Below are positions 22,901-35,100 of a DNA stretch of 64,000 nucleotides, piece by piece. The notes below the pieces were generated by a model, which searched no databases, was not told the origin of the DNA, and worked only from the letters and a program-made list of their open reading frames with translations. The stretch is from Macrostomum hystrix (lineage: Eukaryota; Animalia; Platyhelminthes), in NCBI GenBank assembly GCA_950097015.1, contig CATNEN010000003.1, forward strand, positions 15,500,001 through 15,564,000, given 5' to 3'. The position numbers and the translations under genes are program-made. How positions within the stretch are numbered: position 1 is the first letter of the stretch; each line of letters starts with the position of its first letter.

Positions 22901-24622
22901 ATCCTCAAGATATCCTCGCGACACAGAATCCTCAAGATATCCCCTCGACACAGAATCCTCAAGATATCCTCGCGACACAGAATCCTCAAGATATCCTCGC
23001 GACACAGAATCCTCAAGATATCCTCGCGACACAGAATCCTCAAGATATCCTCGCGACACAGAATCCTCAAGATTTCCTCGCGACACAGAATCCTCAAGAT
23101 TTCCTCGCGACACAGAATCCTCAAGATATCCTCTCGACACAGAATCCTGAAGATATCCTCGCGACACAGAATCCTCAAGATATCCTCGCGACACAGAATC
23201 CTCAAGATATCCTCGCGACACAGAATCCTCAAGTTATCCTCGCGACACAGAATCCTCAAGATATCCTCTCGACACAGAATCCTGAAGATATCCTCGCGAC
23301 ACAGAATCCTCAAGATATCCTCGCGACACAGAATCCTCAAGATTTCCTCTCGACACAGAATCCTGAAGATATCCTCGCGACACTTTTTTACTTTTACTTA
23401 ATTGCAGGGGGGCCTGGGGCACTTGACGCACAAGCGCAGGAACGGCATGCCCCCAGGCCGGCGAACTAGGCGGGAGTCGCCCATCGCGCCATCTAGACCC
23501 CTGAACACAGGCACCTCATACACAGCCGCAAGCCAAGCGGGGAAGGGGGCGGCTGCCGGAGTGCCTCTCACCCCAGGCCCGCACACGCACAGAGCCGACC
23601 AAACCAGGGGAGGACTTAGATGCCTGAAGGGTAGGGACGAGAGGACCAAGCCACGCGCGCAGACGGCTGGTGAAACCTCGCCGCTCAGAGCACGCATGGC
23701 TGGTGCACACCCGCCCCACCCCCATACAACGCCTCACACCCGGCCCAACGCACAAACACAAACACAAACAAGCAGGCATGCAGAAGGCAGGAGCGAAGCT
23801 ATTATTTCAAGCTTTAATTGCACGAAATATGGTGCACCTCCGCCGGTCGCTACTGTCCATACCCCCCCAACAAGTACCGAAATTAATCGTGACTTGAAGG
23901 GTGAATCGAACTAGCGTCCTTTGGAGTGCGAGGCAGCGACGTTAGCCGCTGACCCCACTCGCCCCTCCCTCGCGACACAGAATCCTCAAGATATCCTCGC
24001 GACACAGAATCCTCAAGTTATCCTCGCGACACAGAATCCTCAAGATATCCTCTCGACACAGAATCCTGAAGATATCCTCGCGACACAGAATCCTCAAGAT
24101 ATCCTCGCGACACAGAATCCTCATGAATTTCATAGGCAAAGTCGAGCCAATGTTGGCTACGCCCTGCTGGAGCAGTTTCGCGGTCATCGCAATTCTCGCA
24201 CCAGCATTCAGCAGGCCACATTCTGGGGCGTCAGTCACATTCTGTCTGGCAGCGACTGCGGTCACATCTTTGCTTGGCGCATCGGCAACTCCCCTTCCAC
24301 TGGCAGTCCTTGTCTAGCTCTTCAAGCTGATCGATGCTTAGTTAATCGCGTAGCTGCCAACCCGGAGCTTCTCTGCTTGGCCACTAGCGGAGTGGAACAC
24401 CTTGTGAAACTGTGGTCTCCGATGCAGCATTCCGAAACGGGTGAGTCCAACGAAGCCAGGCTAAGTCACAAGTCCAATGCCGCCATCTATGCTGAAGAAA
24501 TCGCCCGTCGCAATCAGGAGCTACTAGGCTATCCTACAGTCAATTTCACAATGGCTTCATTGAATCATTTTGCATTGCCGCCAGCTGCTGCTGTTGCTGC
24601 TGTTGCTGCTGCTGGTCTGTGA
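19955..24622 (+). CDS. DCAF6: DDB1- and CUL4-associated factor 6-like WD40 protein (compact form)
   Basis: Phase-consistent exons 19955-20045, 20510-20571, 20635-20727, 21628-21941, 22399-22749, 24136-24622. [55 protein letters not shown] and [13 protein letters not shown] match the N- and C-terminal WD blocks of DCAF6. Confidence 0.85.
21125..21555. repeat. Intronic minisatellite, 36-bp unit CTCTCTCTGACACCCACCTCACTCTTCAACACCCAC
   Basis: About 12 tandem units. Confidence 0.95.
22245..22362 (+). mobile_element. SINE family A, partial copy
   Basis: AAGGTCGAGGGTTCGATTCCCGG followed by CAGTTCACCCAGCTGTTAAATTGG. Confidence 0.7.
22765..24123. repeat. Intronic minisatellite, 27-bp unit AATCCTCAAGATATCCTCGCGACACAG, interrupted by a SINE at 23384-23967
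   Basis: About 23 units left and 6 units right of the insertion; fills nearly the whole last DCAF6 intron. Confidence 0.95.
23384..23967 (-). mobile_element. GC-rich tRNA-headed SINE family C (584 bp)
   Basis: Reverse complement starts GAGGGGCGAGTGGGGTCAGCGG (A-box-like), has GTTCGATTC (B-box), ends CCCCCCTGCAATTAAGTAAAAGTAAAAAA; flanked by an apparent 11-bp TSD CCTCGCGACAC (23373-23383, 23968-23978). Confidence 0.8.
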
Positions 24623-25963
24623 AGCTGTAGGTGTTCTGCTGATAATGTTGGAGTAAACTACACTTTTGACAAAGGAAAATCAGCAACCCATTATTTATTT
24701 TTTTACTTTCTTTCATTGACTATTTTTGTTGTGTTAACTTATCCCGCAGTTGAAAAAACCTGAATTAGAAGTTAGTTTATTTTTTTTCTAGTCGTTCAGA
24801 GTTTTACCAAGTGACTTGCACTTAGCAAGTATTTGTTTATTCGTCACATTTTGTAATTTAAAAGTGCATACTCTAGTCCTTTATTCACTTGCAGTGAATG
24901 ATTTTCTATGCGGACTAAAAATTTTTTAAAGCGATGCATTTCGAATTTTTTTATTACTTACCTTTTTGTTCATACGGAATATTTTTTCATTTCATTCGAA
25001 ACATGAGTTTGTATTCATTCGAATGCATATATTTACAAAGTTTCTTATTTTTCGCTACAATTTTACTTCCTTTTATATTTAGTACTGCATCTTCCACGCG
25101 AAAGAACATAAAATCGCTTTCTCCTGCTCACTTCCCGTTTCTGCCAGCACAAATTTGTCGCATTTTTCGCGTTTTAAATGTCGTATTTTTTAGCGTGTAA
25201 TTTTTTCAGTAGTACGAATCGCATATGTACATCTAAATTCGTTTTTGTGTACAAATTGACTCGCAATATTTTTATGCAGTTTGTAACCTATTTTTAAGGA
25301 GCAAAAGCTACTGTACGTTTGGTTATGAAATTATTATACAGCTTCTTGTAAATACATTTTGTGTTTTATTATCAACAAAGAACGAATCGAACAATAAATT
25401 CGTCTCTCTTTAATTATGTTTGTCTAAAATCGAAAATGTAATCAAGAAAGACACAATGAAAATGAACTAGTCTTCGTTTTTGCTATTTTAAAATAGAATT
25501 AGAAAAGTGTTCTATGCTAAGAAGTCATGGGACTGTTATTTCGAATCGACTTTGATTTGAACATTGTTTCAATAATCCAAATCTAGGCACATAAGCATAG
25601 ACGTAGTGTTTTCATGTACAGTACCATATGTGCTGTAAGTCAGTTGTACCTTCAGTCCGGAAGTTGCTTAACGATCAGTCCTTCTAAAAGAAGATTTCTT
25701 TCTACTGTTTTTGCTGCAGCTTTTTACGTGTTAGGTTCCAGATTCCTTAATCAACTTTTACCGCACAAGATGCAACATCAACGGCTTGTACAGCGCAGAC
25801 CGCGGCACTGCATGCCAATTCTTTTTGGACAGAATCGCAAAGATAAAAACTATAAGCCCAGCTAATTGGCAGCCTATTCTTCAGACAAGCGCACACGTGC
25901 ATCATCCATCACATTGCTGACCATCGATTTCTAGCTCTCTAAGAGCCTACACTAGTCGACTGT

Positions 25964-25975
25964 TATATATAAAAA
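25964..25975 (+). promoter_or_regulatory. TATA box of the secreted Cys-rich gene
   Basis: TATATATAAAAA about 105 nt upstream of ATG 26078. Confidence 0.6.
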
Positions 25976-26077
25976 GTCAGCTGCCTAAAATTTCGCCTTA
26001 TCGGATCCCAGGCAAGCCACTACATTTGATATACACCGCGCACGATCTCTGTGCAATTAAACAAAAAGCTAACAACA

Positions 26078-26404
26078 ATGAAAGCTGCTCTAGAGCTGTC
26101 GATGCTACTGCTGTGCCTCGGCCTGCTGCTGACTTGCCCGCGCGAGTCGCATCAGCTGCCTCTGGAAGATGACGAAGTTCCTGCCTGTTTCCATCCGGTG
26201 CTGACCTGCAAGATCAAAGGCAATTCGTTTGTTTACACCAACATCTGTGGCAAGTCCTGCCGATGCGATCGACCAGATGCGGACATCTGCGATCCCGGAT
26301 GCAACGAGGACACCAAGACCTGGTTCAATGGTCTGACTAGCTATTCGCTCTATTTTAAACGCTGCAAAGATCTTCGTAAAGAGCTCAAGATTGATTACGA
26401 ATGA
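26078..26404 (+). CDS. Intronless secreted cysteine-rich small protein (108 aa), family unknown
   Basis: ACAATG start context, hydrophobic signal peptide MKAALELSMLLLCLGLLLTC, eight Cys in the mature part, coding-like GC content against AT-rich flanks, TATA upstream, AATAAA ~26542. Confidence 0.8.
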   Translation: MKAALELSMLLLCLGLLLTCPRESHQLPLEDDEVPACFHPVLTCKIKGNSFVYTNICGKSCRCDRPDADICDPGCNEDTKTWFNGLTSYSLYFKRCKDLRKELKIDYE

Positions 26405-29176
26405 GGCGTCAATGGCGTCGACAATTGAAATGACTTTGAAACACTCATCCAGTTTCAATCTAGAATCGTACTGATAATTATGAGTTTATGCGTCATAACT
26501 ATTTTCTTGGAAACGCGCATGCAGTCATTTTGAAATAATGAAATAAACTCAGATCGTTGAGCTAACCGATGTAAAAACGCTGTTAGTAATCATTAGACCC
26601 TCATCTCGGAAGAATAAGACATCATAAGATGCTTTTCCATATAAAATCAGAGACTGAACATATGTTCGTATTTTTTCCTTTCACCATACGGAGCAGAAAC
26701 ATCAAGTACAGTATTCCTGCAAGTAATTAAATAATCATAGAACTATTCAATCTATAGCTAGATCCTTAGCAATCCTCAGCAATTTAGGTTAAAACAAAAA
26801 CTCGACCTCGAAATAATTCAATCGGATCGAATTATCGCATATAGTGTAAAAATCTGCATCGGCAGCTGTACATGTTATGATAAACGGATATCCTATCCAA
26901 AACCGAGGTCCTTAATTCAAAACCGAGGTCCTTGCTTAATCCAAAACGGATATCCTTAATCCAAAAGACCGAGGTCCTAAATCAATTTCTTTTAAAAGCT
27001 ATAGCTTTTGAAAATCAGAGCGCAATTAGTTCATTTAACTATACAGCTCAATTTGTATTCGTTAATTCAACTGTAGAGTATTGTCACGCTGTGTAACATG
27101 CAAATCAGTCCTCAAATGTTTATGTATTTACGTTACAGTTTGCGTCGTAAAAAATCGTCATCTTCTCGGCGTACGAGAATTTATTTCTTTTCTTGATATT
27201 TTTATTGTTTATTTCCTGAAAAATTCGCACTGAATGTAAGGTAAATTAGCTTTTTAGACTTTCAACGCATAAAAAATATTTACATTATTATTATTATTAT
27301 TAAAACGCGCACGCCATCTATGGGTGCTGATTTTTTTAATATATTTTTTAACAACACATTTAAATGAACAACGAAAAGCAACATAAAAAGCGAAGAACAT
27401 ACTAAATACTATACTACATACTAAACAGACTGCACCGCACTCATCAAATGATAAGGATTTAAGCTGAGAATATCTCGTAATGGCTAAGAGTGTGCTCAGC
27501 TTCAGATCAACGTCAGAGCAGCTGTTGTAAAAAATCCAGATCAGAGTCTACTTAAAAGTTATTTTTAGCTTTAAATATAAACGTTTTGATGTTGCAACAA
27601 TTTTGATAAGAAAGTACAATATTTACAAGCAACTAACGTTGTTATTCTTGAAATTCGCACGAATTTAACAGACCGTGGGAAACTTTTTTTAAATCAAGTC
27701 TGGTCAAGCTGTAATTAACTGTAGCATTTTTTATTTAGAATTATCGACTGAAAGTATCTCTCTGTCTCTGTGTAATCAATTTGCAAGATTCTATTTATTT
27801 ATTATTGTTTTTTACTCTGCATTTTTACTCATATCTGTTAAGGAATAAATAGCTGTCACAGACAGATTATAACGTCTACAAGACCAAATGTGACATCCTA
27901 AGATATAGCACGGCAATAATTATTTGCTATTTTGTATCTTTTTATGTTTCTGTTATTTGTAAGATTTTTACTATATTTATTACTTTCTTCAATTTTAAGC
28001 CTATAGGTCCATATCAAAGGCTAGCCTGACTTACTTGACTTAGACATTACCTGATGTTCTTAACAGTATTAGGCCCTATTATTAGAGAAACACCAGACTT
28101 TCATAGACGGTTATTTTCTAGGCCTTTGTTATATTTTCTGCCATTCTAGTGAGATTTTTTATTCTAGTAAGCTCTTTTTTAATATTTTTTTCATCAAGGA
28201 GTTCTTGATACTGTCCTTAGTCCTTAGACATGCAATTAGACATGCTTTCTTCATTTTATGCCAGTTTGCACCAAGTAGAAAACTGGCCCTAAAGCTTTAT
28301 ACCTTATTACGCCAATTAGGGGCTGAATGGGATCAAGATTTTTGGGATTGGTCAAGATAGAAAAAATGTAAATTAAAAAACAATAAAAAACCAGCTTTGC
28401 TTTACATTTCTGATTTCTGATTAAAACATTTATAAACAATAACAAAGAGTTTTTTGTTTAGTTATAAATGCTTTACATTGACCTTTTTAGGCCTACTATT
28501 TAACACATTAAAATAAGTAGCCGACAGAAGACCCTAGCCCCCTACTATGACCATAGTTTAAGTTGTCAAGTTGTAACATTAAAAATAATAATGTTATAAA
28601 ATATGTATCATGCTTTTATCATGGTTTAAGTATTTTAGTAGCAGATTCAGAAATAGTAATATGAAATTCTTTAAATATAATTAAATGCTAGCCTAAGTAT
28701 ACTATATATAAAGTATTTAGTTAGTCATATAAATATAGCAACTATAAAGTTATACTATTTACAGCCATATTGCTATCAAAAAGTTATTTTCTAATGATAA
28801 AGTTTCTCTAAAACTGATGCATGCTAGATGCTAGATTATATATTATGCTTCATAACTATGTTTTTTAGTAATTAGTTTACTTATAGTTCTCTATTCAATT
28901 GTCAAGCAGCCTAGCCTAATAAATTCTTACTTAATGAGCATCTTACTTTATATGTGTTACAGCATAATTTGTGTAAAAAATAACAATGTACTAATTGCTG
29001 TTTTTATGTAATATTGCTAATTATCACATTAGTTTTGATCTTGTGTTTTAGTTTGTTCACACATTTGAAATGGTTATTTTATCTAACAATTTCAGACAAC
29101 TATATTTTAAGACAGCTATCCTATAACAAACAATTGCAATCCAATCAAATACAAGAGAGTGATTGCATAAGCAAGA

Positions 29177-32100
29177 ATGGATGGCAAAAAGGTCTGGGCA
29201 CCGCATCCTAAGGATGGCTACAAACTTGGAAAGATAACTGATCTAGGATCAGATAATGTTGTTGTGGAAACATTAAGCACCCCTAAAGAGGTTTGTATGA
29301 TTGCTCCACTTTTTATAATCTAAAAATGGAGTCCAAAATTTATCACAACTTTTAAACAAAAATGACTTGCAGGTTCTAACAGTGCCATACAATCGACTAT
29401 TCCCATCTGAGGAATATGACAATAAAGATGTTGAAGACAACTGTAAGTTTTATTCAACTAATTTCTTGCAAATCTTCTACACATTCAATAAATACTTGTT
29501 AAGGTAAAAATTAACAAATATTTTGAAGGTGCTCTCATGTACCTGAATGAGGCCACACTTTTGAATAATGTTCGCCTGCGCTACATGAAGAATGCCATCT
29601 ATGTGAGTTGCTTTTCATTTACTCATTTTTTTATATCTAGAATCCTAAATCCTAAATCTAGAACCCAAACCCTAAATCTAGAACCCAGATCCTAAATCTA
29701 AAACCTAGATCCCAAATCTAAAACCTAGATCCTAAATCTAAAACCTAGATCCTAAATCTAAAATCCAGATCCCAAATCTAAAACCTAGATCCCAAATCTA
29801 AAACATAGATCCTAAATCTAGAACCTAGATCCCAAATCTAAAACCTAGATCCCAAATCTAAAACCTAGATCCTAAATCTAAAATCCAGATCCTAAATCTA
29901 AAACCTAGATCCCAAATCTAAAACCTAGATCCCAAATCTAAAACCTAGATCCTAAATCTAAAATCCAGATCCTTGATCTAAAACCCAGATCCTAAATCTA
30001 AAACCTAGATCCTAAATCTAAAATCCAGATCCTTGATCTAAAACCCAGATCCTAAACTATGGCCTAGACTCTTAAACTAAAAACGTTTCTGAATTCCTTG
30101 TTCGCTTAAACCAAAAGGCCAAAATCGTCATTTTTAAAACCCACCAAACTGCAGACGTACGTGGCCAATATTCTGATTGCCGTGAATCCCTACTTTGAAG
30201 TTCCAAAACTCTACGCTAAAGAGACAATTAAAGAGTATCAGGGCAAGTCTCTGGGCACCATGCCGCCGCACGTATTCGCCATTGGCGATAAGGCCTATCG
30301 CGATATGAAAGCATTCAAAGCTAGTCAGGCTATCATTGTTAGCGGCGAGAGCGGTTCTGGCAAGACGGAGACTGCCAAGCACATCTTCAAGTATCTGACT
30401 GAGAACTATGGCGCTCACGCAGGACCTATTGAGCAGAGAATTGTCGAATGTGAGTTTAGTAATAGTAATTGCAATCACTTAGTAGAGGCCAAATAAATAT
30501 CTATATAAAATATACAGAACCGAAATTAATGACAAACAAAAAATGCTAAAATTGCTTTCACTTCAGAAGCTAATCCTATGTTTGGAATTCTTTGAGGGGG
30601 TCAGTGGCCGAGCAGTTAACGTGTTTGCGAGGCCACATTCATTTGGGGCGCAGCCGCCGAGAGAAGGCTTGGGGGCTTGTCGTGCAATTTACGCCCTTGT
30701 CTTGCAAGGGCCAACCTCCAAGGCACAGTGAGAGTGTACACTACCTGACAATGAGACAGTCTCGCCAGATGTACACACCTGTGTGAGTGTGTGCCTGCGT
30801 ACAGTATCTGTGTGCGTGTGTGCTCAGGAGTCAGCGAAATGGGCAGAATTGCCTCCTCGTTGGCTGCTAAGGGGGTAGTGTCACCAAATGATGTGCCATT
30901 GGAATTCCTTGACTTGCTATTCAGATACTTGCTAAAAGTAAAAGTGGTTAACTTTTATTGCTTGTATAGTTTTCCTGAGTCTAGGGGGGTTGTAGCCTGG
31001 TGGTTTGGGCGTCGGACTTACAACTTGAAGGTCGGAGGTTCGATTACCGACTCCTCTGGTACAACTTGTGTCCTTTAGCAAGATAACTGTGCATTGGTTT
31101 ATTTCACTCAGCTATTAAATAGGTAACAGCATCAGCCGGGTTAATTAAAGGTGGGTCTCCGTCTATTGACTAAACATCCGTACGCATGTTTCATAGCTTC
31201 AAATAACATTCGCAGCCAATCCACTGCTGGAGGGCTTCGGTAATGCGAAAACTGTTCGCAACAACAACAGCAGCAGATTTGGCAAATTCGTTGAGATCCA
31301 CTTCGACAATCGGTCCCTAGTTACTGGCGGCTACATTTCTCATTACCTATTAGAGAAGAGCCGAATCTGCGTACAAAGCGAAGGCGAACGCAATTATCAC
31401 ATTTTTTATCGACTGTGCGCCGGCGCCGATGCTGCCCTGAGACAGAAGCTTGGCCTACTGGCGCCAGACCAGTTTCATGTAAGTCTGTTGACGATTGAAT
31501 ATGCTCAAGTAAAATTATCGGCTTTAAATCTACTAGGTACTTAAGCCTAAACCTAGGCCCTTGGATCTTTGTCCTTAATTTAAAACCTAGGTCCTTAATC
31601 CAAGACTTAGGTCCTTAATCTAACACCGAGGTCCTTAATCCAAAACGGATATCCTTAATCCAAAACCGATATCCTTAATCCAAAACCTAGGTCCTTTAAT
31701 CCAAAACCTAGGTCCTTAATCTAAAACCTAAGTCCTTAATCTAAAACCGAGGTCCTTAATCCAAAAACCTAGGTCCTTAATCTAACACCGAGGTCCTTAA
31801 TCCAAAACGGATATCCTTAATCCAAAACCGATATCCTTAATCCAAAACCTAGGTCCTTTAATCCAAAACCTAGGTCCTTAATCTAAAACCTAAGTCCTTA
31901 ATCTAAAACCGAGGTCCTTAATCTAAAACCGAGGTCCTTAATCCAAAACGGATATCCTTAATCCAAAACCGATATCCTTAATCCAAAACCTAGGTCCTTT
32001 AATCCAAAACCGAGGTCCTTAAATCCAAAACCCAGGCCATTAATTCAGAACCCAGGCCTTTAGTACAAAACCTTGTTCCTTAATCCAAAATTTTGGTCCT

Positions 32101-35100
32101 TAATCTATGATTTAGAACGTTGAGTATTTTAGAATCTTCTTCTAGTATGAATATTTGTTATAATTGTTGTTACTAAATGTTTTAGTATTCAATTAAATTA
32201 GAGTTTAACAAAACAAAATTTCGGTGCTACAAAATTATGTCGTATTTTGTTTTACTTAAAATCGGATTGTTCCAGACAATGTCATTTTGGTTTCACACAC
32301 AATGCACAAGCCTGTTGTTTGACACTTTCACTTGCAGTATCTTAACCAGGGCAATACGCAGTACTTCTGCACCAAAGCTTCTGAAGCTCTCATACCTAAG
32401 GAGGTGAAGAGTAAGCAGGTAAATAATACATTCTAATGATTTATTAATTGGTTACAAACTAGTTTTCTGTTGTTTTAGTTTCGTTTATTCTAGTTTATTC
32501 AATTGCGTAGTTCCACTAAGATTGGTTATCTAATGTTTAGTCTTTTAAAGCGAGATTAAATAAGTTTATGTGATGTTAATTAATATCGATAAGTATTGTT
32601 TTTGTTTTTGTGCACTCTAGTTCATTTTAGCTTAATTTGTACAGAAAATGTTTTTCTTTTATCTCTTAAAATGTTCAAACAATCGCGATGCCCGCTAAAA
32701 ATAGGGATGTTTCTTTGGGTGATTCCAGTTGGAATCTGCGGTGTTTCCAGAAAAAGAAACAGCCGAACGCTGGAAACATACCAATCGGATGATTCCATGC
32801 TTAGAATCTACCCAACTGGGCGTTTTCTCGGCGCTTCTTGGTGGCGAAATGGAATCACCCAAAGAATCCTCCAGTTCGGAAGATTCCATGCTCAGAAACC
32901 GCCGAGGAATCGCCCTTAAATAATTCTCTGGTTGTCCCATGGGCCACTGGTTCGGGTGATTCTTCGGCGGTTTCCGCACAATTTACGGTTACATCGGCTG
33001 CTTCCTGGGTGGTTTCTTTAACTCTTGCGAGATAGGGGGGGATTTTCATAGATTCCACTCCCATTTTGCACAAAAACCCGCCGAAGAAGCAGCCGAATTT
33101 TTTACAGGGTGAAAATCCAAGATATCGTCGTGAAATTCAAACATTATCTTCGAGGTGTCAGGTGGCACATTTTTTTGTCCATCTTTTTTCTGCTCACAAA
33201 ATGTCATTGTTAGCTGTCCTTGTCATCGACAAGTCCTTGACAAGAACCGCTGAATAACTCGAAGATGCTGACGTTGAAAGTTAGTTCATTGTAAAGAGCG
33301 GAAAATCGTGAACTTTCACGAAAAATCGATCATTCGGTTTTGGAACTATCGTGAAGAAGGCAGTGGATATTTGAAAAATGGGCTTTCTGCTGTGTAATAA
33401 TTAAACTAATATTGATTTCCAAGTTGAGTTTACACCAGTTGATTGCACAATTTTTGAGTTCAGTTTCATCTCCAAATTATTAACGGAAACTTTTCATCCG
33501 CAGTACCTGAAAATCGGTTCCCTAACCGACATTCAACTTGACGACGTTAAAGACTTTCGCAATGTCGACAAAGCCATGACAGATATGGGCCTAACGGACA
33601 GTGAGAAGCACGACATTTATTCGGTTGTGGCCGGAGTTCTACACCTCGGCAATGTCACCTTCGAAGAGAATGCCCAGGCCCAAGGTAAAAACATCCTTTA
33701 TCTGGTAATATAAAAATCTATACTTCTTGTAACTAAATTGTTGAGTAACTTGATATCATTTCAATATTGTTTTCTTGATTTATTTTTAAATCTAGGCGAA
33801 GCTCGATATAATGGTAAAAGAATATAATTTTAATTGTTCAGTTAAAATCTTTCTATCCTGCGTTAATTAATCGTTAGTTTTTCTTTGAAATAACTTCATG
33901 TTACCTAACCTCCTCTAGCCGGTAATAACAAGCCTAGTTAATAGTTTGTGTTGCATTTTATTGCCAATCCGTTTATTTAAGCCTAATTAGTTCTTTGAAA
34001 CTTAGCTTCAGAAATTACTTACTCGTCGATTTGCATTCATTTGCATTCGTTTTTGTCATCTTTGACATGATGCAGCCAAAATGCCTGTTACTATAGCCCC
34101 TATTTGGGTCTGAATTTCCGTTAAACATATCATCTAGATAGTTCTCTTTGGGCAATCAGCTTCAGCCCTTTATCCTCTCTCTCTTCAGTGCTTCAGGCAA
34201 TCAGCCCTTTATCCTCTCTCTCTTCAGTGCTTCAGGCAATCAGCCCTTTATCCTCTCTCTCTTCAGTGCTTCAGGCAATCAGCCCTTTATCCTCTCTCTC
34301 TTCAGTGCTTCAGGCAATCAGCCCTTTATCCTCTCTCTCTTCAGTGCTTCAGGCAATGAGCCCTTTATCCTCTCTCTCTTCAGTGCTTCAGGCAATGAGC
34401 CCTTTATCCTCTCTCTCTTCAGTGCTTCAGGCAATCAGCCCTTTATCCTCTCTCTCTTCAGTGCTTCAGGCAATCAGCCCTTTATCCTCTCTCTCTTCAG
34501 TGCTTCAGGCAATGAGCCCTTTATCCTCTCTCTCTTCAGTGCTTCAGGCAATCAGCCCTTTATCCTCTCTCTCTTCAGTGCTTCAGGCAATCAGCCCTTT
34601 ATCCTCTCTCTCTTCAGTGCTTCAGGCAATCAGCCCTTTATCCTCTCTCTCTTCAGTGCTTCAGGCAATGAGCCCTTTATCCTCTCTCTCTTCAGTGCTT
34701 CAGGCAATCAGCCCTTTATCCTCTCTCTCTTTAGTGTTTCAGGCAATCAGCCCTTTATCATCTCTCTCTTCAGTGCTTCAGCCAATCAGCCCTTTATCCT
34801 CTCTCTCTTCAGTGCTTCAGGCAATGAGCCCTTTATCCTCTCTCTCTTCAGTGCTTCAGGCAATCAGCCCTTTATACTCTCTCTCTTCAGTGCTTCAGGC
34901 AATCAGCCCTTTATCCTCTCTCTCTTTAGTGTTTCAGGCAATCAGCCCTTTATCATCTCTCTCTTCAGTGCTTCAGGCAATCAGCCCTTTATCCTCTCTC
35001 TCTTCAGTGCTTCAGGCAATCAGCCCTTTATCCTCTCTCTCTCTCTATTCAGTGCTTCAGGCAATCAGCCCTTTATCCTCTCTCTCTCTCTATTCAGTGC

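Noticed and set aside
23398-23914. Overlapping GC-rich ORFs as a horizontally acquired gene
   Set aside because: They lie within a TSD-flanked SINE, have no recognisable domain, and open frames are expected at high GC.
32596-33073. Duplicated ORFs here and at 51228-51604
   Set aside because: Internal to the 419-bp MITE; not protein-like.
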